The notes under the pieces are model-generated. The model saw only the letters and a list, made by a program, of their open reading frames with translations. It did not search any database and was not told the origin of the DNA. Positions 57,601 to 64,000 of a stretch of DNA of 64,000 bases are shown here, piece after piece. Made by a program: the position numbers and the translations under genes. Position 1 is the stretch's first letter. The number at the start of each line of letters is the position of its first letter. This DNA is from Planctomycetota bacterium (lineage in GTDB: Bacteria; Planctomycetota; Phycisphaerae; Phycisphaerales; SM1A02). Where the stretch lies: NCBI GenBank assembly GCA_003671025.1, contig QWPW01000013.1, positions 13,998-77,997 on the forward strand, written 5' to 3'.

Positions 57601-58201
57601 ACAAGTGGTGTACGGCTACTTCCCCGCCAACGCGCAGGGCGATGATCTCGTGGTCTATGACCCGCGCGACAACACGCGCGAACTCGAACGATTCGCGTTT
57701 CCTCGTCAAGGCACGCGTGAACGTTTGTGCATCAGTGATTTCTTTCGCGCGCACGACAGCGGCGTGAAGGATGTGGTGGGATTTCACTGCGTCACCATGG
57801 GCGAAGAAGTGAGTCTGCGCGCCAAGGCGCTCTTCGAAGCAAACGACTACACCCAGTACTTGTTCATGCACGGCTTCGGTGTTGAGTGTGCGGAAGCGCT
57901 CGCCGAAATGTGGCACAAGCGCATGCGCGCGGAGTTGGGCATCGGTCATGAGGACAGTCCCGAGATTCGCAAGTTGTTCACGCAGAATTACTGTGGTTCG
58001 CGCTACAGCTTCGGCTATCCCGCTTGCCCCGACATGAGCGATCAAGAGAAACTCTTCCGTCTCATCAAGCCCGAGCGCATCGGCTGCGTGCTCACCGAGA
58101 ATTGGCAGATGGTGCCTGAGCAATCGACGAGCGCGATCATCGTGCATCATCCGCAAGCGAAGTATTTTTCCGTCGAAAGCGCTGCACGCGTGCAAGGTTG
58201 A
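54638..58201 (+). CDS. metH: Cobalamin-dependent methionine synthase
   Basis: 1187 aa. Hcy-binding (LIFDGAMGT), pterin-binding, B12-binding (GDVHDIGKN) and AdoMet-activation domains in canonical order. Confidence 0.95.
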   Translation: MHRSLLKALDSRTLIFDGAMGTSIHACADCRTEDYLGRDNCTDILVRSRPDIIQRIHESFLAVGADVVETDTFGANILVGRDFDEEFAGWTYDLNMRAAQVARAACDKFDSPSKPRFAIGSMGPGTKLVSLGQTSWDEMHASYLEQARGLIAGGIDGFMIETSQDLLQVKIAINAVLDAIKAAGKSPNDLPIFTSVTIETSGTMLLGSDIAAVVNALRAFPIHSLGLNCATGPVEMVEHLAYITKNWDRAVSVLPNAGLPILVEGRTEYPLQPKAFRDAMRRFVEEFKVNSVGGCCGTTPAHIGELAALVSEQGLDRRAPARAITPQVAGCSSLYGFVEYTQENSFLIVAERTNANGSRKFKRLLDEDDFDGLVSMAREEIKDGGQVLDVCVDFVGRNGVRDMEEVASRFVRQVNAPIMFDSTDPRVIEAGLKRSGGKAIVNSINLEDGLERMNRICPLLKTYGAACVALTIDEDPQAGMAKTCARKLEIATRIHDLYTREWGLLAEDILFDPLTFTICTGNDDDRRLGLETLDGIAAIAQAFPKCGLILGLSNISFGLKPSARTVLNSVYLHHARSRGLTAAIVHASKILPRNRIAQNEWDAAEWLIFDKRGDERPAGMAENFDPLLYYISLFPDGSEEITVKVTLADLPIEERLARHIVDGELRDLEKNLVIALETYPPLTIINDHLLGGMKTVGELFGSGQMQLPFVLQSAAVMKKAVAILEPHMAKSNQSASKKACIVLATVAGDVHDIGKNLVDIILSNNGFEIHNIGIKQPLHAILDAWRNTKADAIGMSGLLVKSVGVMEENLHEMNRLGITVPVILGGAALTRHYAESHLRSIYKGPLYYGRDAFEGLAVGDALATKTLASIDAEIDERLAKRELVDAKVSAARSAVASAKATVDVAARSSVSTTIVVPTPPFLGDRVVIDVPLEQIYPYINLVALFRGQWGFKKGDMGEVEYEQYLRLHAWPVFERLCKECKEQRILRPQVVYGYFPANAQGDDLVVYDPRDNTRELERFAFPRQGTRERLCISDFFRAHDSGVKDVVGFHCVTMGEEVSLRAKALFEANDYTQYLFMHGFGVECAEALAEMWHKRMRAELGIGHEDSPEIRKLFTQNYCGSRYSFGYPACPDMSDQEKLFRLIKPERIGCVLTENWQMVPEQSTSAIIVHHPQAKYFSVESAARVQG

Positions 58202-58256
58202 TCGTTGCGTTCGTGCAATTGATGAGGCGAATTAGGCGCGGTGCGCCCTTCGTACC

Positions 58257-59234
58257 ATGAGCGCCTCGATGTCTAGAGTTCCCGCACACACTCCCAGCGC
58301 CGCGCGCGTCGCACTTGCCTTTGGCGCGGTCTACCTCATCTGGGGTTCGACCTACCTCGTCATCAAACTGGTTTCGCAGCACGGCGCATTCGTCTGTGCG
58401 TCCGCGCGCTTTCTCGTTGCGGGCTTGATCTTGCTCGGCTTCGCGTGGTGGCGCGGATTGCTGCGCCGCAGTGATTTCTGCGCGCGCTCATGGTTGCACG
58501 CCACGATTGTTGGTTCGTGTTTGATGTTGCTAGGCAACGGTGGCGTCGCAATTGCCACGCGCAGCACCGACTCGGGCATCGTCGCCCTCATGACCGCCAT
58601 CACACCGCTGTGGTTGGTGGGATTGGACAGCATGATGCATCGCACGCGCGCGCCGTCGAAAGTGGTTTGGCTGGGAATTGCCCTAGGAATTGCAGGAATT
58701 GCGGTGCTCAAGTCGGAGACGATCGGCGCGACCTCCACAGTTTCCACCGTCGGCATCTTGATCATGATTGTTGCGACGCTCGGTTGGGCTCTTGGCAGCG
58801 TGTGGTCCAAACGTCCCGACGGCGCCGACTCGCCCGTGGCCGCAACCGCGATGCAGATGCTCTGCGGTGGCGCCGTCTTGGCGATTGCCAGCGTCCCTAA
58901 AGAATTTCTGTTTCACGATGAGTGGACATTGCTCATGCAATCACCGCCGGATTTCGCGACGTGGATGCAGTGGTCGTACCTCGTCGTGTTTGGTTCGTTG
59001 TGCGGGTTTACTGCGTATATCTGGCTGTTGCGTCATCAACCCGCCGCGCGCGTGGCGACCTATGCCTATGTGAATCCGCTCGTTGCGCTTGTGTTGGGAT
59101 GGGCGTTCATCGGCGAACCGATTGGCATGCGCACGGTCTACGCCGCAGCGCTCATGCTCTCCGGAGTCGCGGTGATTCAAGTGGCCAACGCTCGCAAGAA
59201 GTCGGCGACGCGCATCGCAATTGCTGGCGAGTGA
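58257..59234 (+). CDS. EamA/DMT-family transporter
   Basis: 325 aa with 10 TM segments and two EamA halves (ALAFGAVYLIWGSTYLVIK..). Lies 55 nt downstream of metH. Confidence 0.75.
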   Translation: MSASMSRVPAHTPSAARVALAFGAVYLIWGSTYLVIKLVSQHGAFVCASARFLVAGLILLGFAWWRGLLRRSDFCARSWLHATIVGSCLMLLGNGGVAIATRSTDSGIVALMTAITPLWLVGLDSMMHRTRAPSKVVWLGIALGIAGIAVLKSETIGATSTVSTVGILIMIVATLGWALGSVWSKRPDGADSPVAATAMQMLCGGAVLAIASVPKEFLFHDEWTLLMQSPPDFATWMQWSYLVVFGSLCGFTAYIWLLRHQPAARVATYAYVNPLVALVLGWAFIGEPIGMRTVYAAALMLSGVAVIQVANARKKSATRIAIAGE

Positions 59235-59281
59235 TCGTCGCATCCTGCGTTGGGACAGCAGTCCAAATCGCTTCAGAGTCG

Positions 59282-59436
59282 GAGGCGACAACCTTTACGC
59301 GGAACCGAGATCGACTCGATGCGCACGGTTTGATGCGCCGATCGCGTCATGTGGAGCGACACACGATAAACAACAAGCAGAGTTGACTGCTGCGACGCAC
59401 AACCTCGTGCGCATGGCTCGATTGCTTGCGGCGTGA
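59282..59436 (+). pseudogene. Internally deleted, frame-split remnant of an IS1182/IS5-family transposase
   Basis: One frame reads EATTFTRNRDRLDAHGLMRR (like the DHSTFSKNRDRL.. N-terminal transposase motif). A different frame ends AELTAATHNLVRMARLLAA-stop (like the ..L.TAAHNL.RLA C-terminal motif). The whole middle of the gene is missing. Recall-based. Confidence 0.4.
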
Positions 59437-59478
59437 AATGTCAAAGGAAACACTGAGAACGGCTCTGGTGTTCAGTGT
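59436..59478 (-). terminator. Candidate terminator of the 753-aa gene
   Basis: Minus strand reads ACACTGAAC..loop..GTTCTCAGTGT (7+2 bp with a bulge) followed by TTCCTTTGACATTT. Lies 45 nt downstream of the stop at 59523. Confidence 0.35.
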
Positions 59479-59522
59479 CTTGCTAGGCCTTGGAGCGTGA
59501 CTCATTGGCGCCTGTGCACGCG

Positions 59523-61784
59523 CTACTCCTCCTCGTTCTCCTCCTCGACAGGCTCGACTCCGACGGGAACACCCGGCTCGATTTCACTCGGGTCTGGCGG
59601 CTCCTCGTCGAGCAGCGAGATCAACGTGACGCTCCAATTCGCGTCCGCTCGCTGCGTTCCCGTTTCGATAGCGCGTTTCGCAGCACTGCTCGCCGTGCAG
59701 GGTGCTGTCAGTTGATCGATGCGAAGAATCGCGTGCAATGCGCGTCCGCGCTCTCGAATCCTTTCTGACTGGATCCGCGTCAATGATCCTTTGAGGACCG
59801 CCGTGACCACATCATCAAGCGCGCCATCGAGCGCGATCTGCGCCGCCATGGAGTCGTCTTCGGTCATCTCGCATTCTCGAAGTTCCGCGCGCGCAATCAG
59901 GTCGACCTTGTGGACATTTCCCAGCGCCGCGAGCACCCAGAGCCGCTTCAGGTTGTCAGCCGTCAGGGATGTTCTCTGCGCGGTTGTGTTGTCGCAATAG
60001 AGCACACCACACTCGACCAAGGCGCGCGCGGCATCCGCTTGAGCCCGCTCAAGTTTGCTGTAAAGCACTCGGTCGGCGCGCTCGTCGGGCGTGAGTTCGC
60101 GCAAACGCCACACGGCCTGCGCGCACTGTCGCAGTGCGTCTGTGCGCGTCGCTTCGTACTTGAGAAGCGAGGCATCGGCGGGACTATCCGCCGTCGCAGC
60201 GCTTGCCGCGTCATGCTCTCGCACCAAGGCACCAAGGTCGACGCAGGCAAGCTGTCCGAGGTCGCTAGGAGTGACCCGACACGGGAGCCGTCGAAGCGTG
60301 TCACGCTCGGCAGTGACTGGATCCGCGCCAGCTTGGACAGCCGCGGCAATGATCGCTGCTGCGGCCGCTCGATCAAGCTCCTCCTTGCCCAAAGTCGCCA
60401 TCATGCTGTCGGATTCCCACGCATCCGCGATCGGATATGACCCTGACGCGGACGCAATCCCGTTGCTCAGCAGCAGTCCACGATGGGTCAGCGTGATGAG
60501 ACCATCCGCACAACTTGCGATCGCGACGCTCAGCGCGGTGAACTCTGCTGGCGTGTATGCGGGCGCGGTCGGAACCTCGTCCTCCATCGTGACAAAGGGG
60601 ACCTGAGATGCAATGCGCTGTGTGAGCGCGACGAGCTCGGCCAATAGAGCCGCGCGCTGTTCCTCGGCTTGCGCGTCTGGCACTGCTTGAACGCTACCCG
60701 CGTCGGTCGGCGCGATGCCATCGTTCGTAGATGGAGCAAGTTGCTCGCCCTGGCGATGAACTTTTGGTTCCATGCCGAGCGGCAGTGCACTGTGCAGCGC
60801 AACCGACAGGAGCGTCGCTTGAGACTGGTAAGCCTCGGCGAGCTCTTTTGAAGTCGCCATGCTGGCCAGCGTCTCAGCGCGCACAAACGCCGCGAATGCT
60901 GGATCAATCGCCGAGAGATCCTGAGCGATTTTGAAAAGCGTGCGCTGACATGCGCGATTCGCCTCGATGACGCGCGTGGGTTTCACTTTACCTGCCACCG
61001 GGTCCGCTTGTTTTGCTTCGAAATGGTCCGATGGAATGAGCAAGAGCGCGGCGACACGATCGATCAGGGCGCGCTCGAAGGCTTTGCCTGCGCCCGTCAG
61101 CACCCCGAGCTGGCCTTGCGCTGCGATACGCGCCACGAACTCCGCGTCCGTTTGGATCGTGGCGATCGGATCGATCGGAGACCACAGGGGTGAATATTTC
61201 ATCAACAAGTCGCTGCGCAAGAGCGCCTCCACGAGTTGCGTTCTTTGCGGGTGGTTCGCATCGCCGACGACCACGATGACATCCTCAAATAGCCGCCGAT
61301 AGCGTTTGCGCGTTTGCTCGCGTTCGAGTGCGAGCGCGCGTGCGGCGGCGCTCAGAAGCGGCGCGACTTTCAGGGGATTCGACAGCAGATTTTCCGTAAA
61401 TAATGCTTGGAAGCGCTGCTCTGCGGGTGATGAGCCGTCTGCGCGGAATGCCAACCATTCCGCGAGAAAGTCTTCATACAGCATGAGCGAAGTGACCGTC
61501 GCGTCCACCGACGATGGACCCGCATGAACAACTTCAAATATCTGTTGAGGGCTCGGAGGCGTGGGCTGCGGACCGAGGACCCCCTGTGCATGAAGAGGAG
61601 GGGACATGATGCAGGCGAGGAGAACAGCGACGACGATCGCGCCCTGTATGACCCACGGTTGTTGCACGCTACGGATCAGAAATGCATGGCGCATTGGAAT
61701 CATGGGTGTGTCTCCGTTGACGGACCGCCGAACTCTCCGACGCTTTCGCGATTTCAAAATTACTTTTTGAGACCGGCGCATCAA
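59523..61784 (-). CDS. Hypothetical secreted protein with acidic C-terminus
   Basis: 753-aa ORF with an ATGA overlap on the sulfatase stop; internal starts at 61703/61694 precede the signal-like WVIQGAIVVAVLLACIMSPPLHAQG. Ends EEENEEE. Confidence 0.45.
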   Translation of the reverse strand: MMRRSQKVILKSRKRRRVRRSVNGDTPMIPMRHAFLIRSVQQPWVIQGAIVVAVLLACIMSPPLHAQGVLGPQPTPPSPQQIFEVVHAGPSSVDATVTSLMLYEDFLAEWLAFRADGSSPAEQRFQALFTENLLSNPLKVAPLLSAAARALALEREQTRKRYRRLFEDVIVVVGDANHPQRTQLVEALLRSDLLMKYSPLWSPIDPIATIQTDAEFVARIAAQGQLGVLTGAGKAFERALIDRVAALLLIPSDHFEAKQADPVAGKVKPTRVIEANRACQRTLFKIAQDLSAIDPAFAAFVRAETLASMATSKELAEAYQSQATLLSVALHSALPLGMEPKVHRQGEQLAPSTNDGIAPTDAGSVQAVPDAQAEEQRAALLAELVALTQRIASQVPFVTMEDEVPTAPAYTPAEFTALSVAIASCADGLITLTHRGLLLSNGIASASGSYPIADAWESDSMMATLGKEELDRAAAAAIIAAAVQAGADPVTAERDTLRRLPCRVTPSDLGQLACVDLGALVREHDAASAATADSPADASLLKYEATRTDALRQCAQAVWRLRELTPDERADRVLYSKLERAQADAARALVECGVLYCDNTTAQRTSLTADNLKRLWVLAALGNVHKVDLIARAELRECEMTEDDSMAAQIALDGALDDVVTAVLKGSLTRIQSERIRERGRALHAILRIDQLTAPCTASSAAKRAIETGTQRADANWSVTLISLLDEEPPDPSEIEPGVPVGVEPVEEENEEE

Positions 61785-63172
61785 TTGTTTGAGGATTTAA
61801 CTCTCGGCATATCCGATGTGGCTCCGAGTTTCTTCTTGGCGGCCTTCTCCTTACCAGGCTGCATCTCAACGAGTGGCCAGTCAGGATGATCGACGCGCAT
61901 CGATTTCATGAGTGAATCGGCTTTGGCGACGAGGTCAGGCTTCTCAGCAGCAAGGTCCTTCGACTCGCTCAGATCGCAAGCGAGATCGTAAAGCTCGATG
62001 GGCTTCGCAGGGCCATTGCGGACCGCTTTCCAATCACCAAAGCGCACGGCCTGGAGAGATGTACCCTCGTGGAGTTCCCAGTAAAAGGCCTCGAGCTTGG
62101 GTGCGGCACCGCCTTTCAGCAGGGTGACGATGGAGTGGCCGTCGTGCGGTGATTTGAGTTCGGCTCCGGCGAGTTCAGCGGCTGTAGGCAGGAAATCCCA
62201 GAAGGCCCACGGCTCTTCACTCACGCGACCCGCTGGCACTTTCCCCGGCCAGCGTGCGATGCCGGCCTGACGCAGCCCGCCTTCATAGAGCGAGAGTTTG
62301 CAGCCTCGCAGCTTGCCGCCCATGGACTGGTCGAAAAGCTTCCCAACTTCGGAGCTTGGTTTAAAGGAGGCGCCATTGTCTCCGGAGAAGAGGACGAGCG
62401 TGTTGTCATCCACCTTGAGTTCCTTCAGCAGATCCATGAGACGACCGACATCACTATCGAGGCGTGTGACCATGGCGGCATAGGTCTTCTGCAATTGCGT
62501 CCACGGCTTGTCCTTGTAGAGGCCGAGGTCGTCGATCTCATAGTTGCCATGCGGCAATGTGATGGCGTGGAAGAGGAAGAATGGCCCACCCGCATGAGCA
62601 CGCACCCAGTCGCGCGTGTCTTGGCCGATCAAATCGATGGCGTAGGTCTTGCCGTCGAGTTCGACGCGCTGGTCATCGTCCCAGAGATACTTTGGGAAGT
62701 AGTTGTGAGCGTGGCGCTGACAATTGAAGCCATAGAAGTGATCGAAGCCTTTTTTGAGCGGACTGCCCGAGGTGTCGAACATGCCCATGCCCCACTTGCC
62801 GGTGCAGGCGGTGGCATAGCCCGCACTCTTGAGCACCTGCGCGACAGTGACGGTTTCCGCTGGCAGCGGCTTCTGGCCTTCAGGTTGTATGTCACGGTTT
62901 GCGCGGATCGGGCAGTGGCCCATGTGCAAGCCCGTCATCAGGGAGGATCGCGACGGCGCACAAACACTGGTACCTGAGTAGAGCTGTGGAAACTTCGTCC
63001 CCTCCGCCGCCATGCGGTCGAGGTTCGGCGTCTGAATCAGCTTCTGTCCGTAGCAGCCAAGATCACCCTGCGCGAGATCGTCACAGAGAATGAAGATGAT
63101 GTTGGGCTTCTCGGCAGCGTGGAGAGAAGAACAGACCAACAGCGAGATGGCTAAAAGGCGGAAGATTTTCAT
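61781..63172 (-). CDS. Sulfatase (formylglycine-dependent arylsulfatase family)
   Basis: Signal peptide MKIFRLLAISLLVCSSLHA. NIIFILCDDL and SVCAPSRSSLMTG (C-x-P-x-R) motifs. Confidence 0.85.
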   Translation of the reverse strand: MKIFRLLAISLLVCSSLHAAEKPNIIFILCDDLAQGDLGCYGQKLIQTPNLDRMAAEGTKFPQLYSGTSVCAPSRSSLMTGLHMGHCPIRANRDIQPEGQKPLPAETVTVAQVLKSAGYATACTGKWGMGMFDTSGSPLKKGFDHFYGFNCQRHAHNYFPKYLWDDDQRVELDGKTYAIDLIGQDTRDWVRAHAGGPFFLFHAITLPHGNYEIDDLGLYKDKPWTQLQKTYAAMVTRLDSDVGRLMDLLKELKVDDNTLVLFSGDNGASFKPSSEVGKLFDQSMGGKLRGCKLSLYEGGLRQAGIARWPGKVPAGRVSEEPWAFWDFLPTAAELAGAELKSPHDGHSIVTLLKGGAAPKLEAFYWELHEGTSLQAVRFGDWKAVRNGPAKPIELYDLACDLSESKDLAAEKPDLVAKADSLMKSMRVDHPDWPLVEMQPGKEKAAKKKLGATSDMPRVKSSNN

Positions 63173-63453
63173 GGTCGACCCACTTTAACGCGCTTCACTT
63201 CATGATCTGACAGCAGAGTCATGCTACTCCGCCGACGCTTTCTTGATACTGTGGTCCCTGCCCGGTCTGACGAAATCACTCCGCTCGCAGCGATTCCTCA
63301 GAGCGTCAAGAGCAGTACATCCCCAACGCACAGGATGAAGTACGGAACCAGGGATGCGGCGTCTTCTCTATCATCATCACGCCGGAATTCGCCGTTCCCA
63401 TCGCCGTGCGCTGCTCTCGTGTCCCCCGCCCAGCCGCGCCCCTTCCATGAACC

Positions 63454-63972
63454 ATGACCAGCGATTCTCTCCCACCATCTGCAGGTCGCCCCGCGGAATT
63501 CCCGCACGACATTCGCCTCTTTCTGGGAAGTTGGCAGAACGTCGGAGTTGAGAATCCCATCGGGGAGGTGACGAGCACCGGATTGAGCAAGATCCCGGGT
63601 GAATGGATTGTGTCCCGGGCCCGCACGATCAGCCATTGGCTCTTACCGTCGGCCGATGCAACGGCGCGGGTCGTCATTTACGAGACCGGCGTCTGGCCCT
63701 CAGGTGAGATCGAGTCGCTGTGGTGGAATTTTGTCGATTCGCATCGACTTAACGTCCAGCAGCACGGCGAGGTTCGCATTCTGCAGTTTGGGGCTTCAGA
63801 GGCGGAATCGCTCGCTTCCATGGTGACGCTGGCGATTCTCTTCGGTTGGGACATCCGTGCAGTCCAGGTCGATTCTGATCGCAGATTTAAGATTGATGAT
63901 GACAGCGTTGTTGAGGTGTGGGGCGCATCGCAGGCGGATCGTGCCTCGTTTATTTCGCATATTGCGTTGTGA
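63454..63972 (+). CDS. Hypothetical protein
   Basis: 172-aa ORF. No motif recognised. Confidence 0.4.
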   Translation: MTSDSLPPSAGRPAEFPHDIRLFLGSWQNVGVENPIGEVTSTGLSKIPGEWIVSRARTISHWLLPSADATARVVIYETGVWPSGEIESLWWNFVDSHRLNVQQHGEVRILQFGASEAESLASMVTLAILFGWDIRAVQVDSDRRFKIDDDSVVEVWGASQADRASFISHIAL

Positions 63973-64000
63973 CTGGCAGCGGATCGACCTCCCAGACTTT

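Noticed and set aside
54326-58195. Long minus-strand ORFs (54326-55663, 55754-56614, 56843-58195) antisense to metH
   Set aside because: The MetH domains are unambiguous on the plus strand. The antisense products are Arg/His-rich with no motifs.

Overview
All coordinates come from manual counting, and every family assignment is motif recognition from memory; nothing was searched.

The window is a densely coding, high-GC chromosomal segment (roughly 60-70% GC by eye) with about 50 CDS. I found no rRNA, tRNA, CRISPR array or intact mobile element.

**Housekeeping genes:** thrS, nrdR, frr, pyrH, rsmJ, pdxH, rpsU, rsfS, trmB, rpsA, metH, and a cystathionine beta-synthase / gamma-lyase pair.

**Envelope and transport genes:** an OprB-like porin, ExbB/ExbD/ExbD, two MFS transporters, a MacB/FtsX-type permease, an ABC-2 exporter, an S41 peptidase, an EamA transporter, a GT-C glycosyltransferase and a sulfatase. 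There are also many Ala-rich orphan proteins. The gene content (a formylglycine-type sulfatase, a PA14/beta-helix protein, giant orphan secreted proteins) suggests a PVC/Planctomycetota-like organism; this is inference only.

**Items most worth follow-up:**
1. An eight-gene, translationally coupled operon (8275-19104). An ExbB-ExbD-ExbD proton motor is preceded by a vWA/MIDAS protein whose N-terminal helix carries a TonB-like S-x3-H anchor, and is followed by three large orphan proteins. No TonB C-terminal domain, TonB-dependent receptor, TolB or Pal is present.
2. A roughly 500-bp array of about 18 GC-rich mini-hairpins in 83-bp higher-order repeats (45334-45826), lying between a lipoprotein stop codon and a strong minus-strand terminator.
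3. A gene pair encoding a double ClpX-type zinc-ribbon protein and a hyper-acidic protein with 22 consecutive Asp (29372-30273).
4. A six-gene same-strand envelope cluster (46525-54329): S41 peptidase, two paralogous LolA-like proteins, an ABC-2 exporter and a membrane zinc-ribbon protein.

Smaller observations include phased TGATCAG repeats, several 11-12-bp tandem repeats at gene ends, perfect 14-bp hairpins downstream of minus-strand genes, and a frame-split IS1182/IS5-like transposase remnant.
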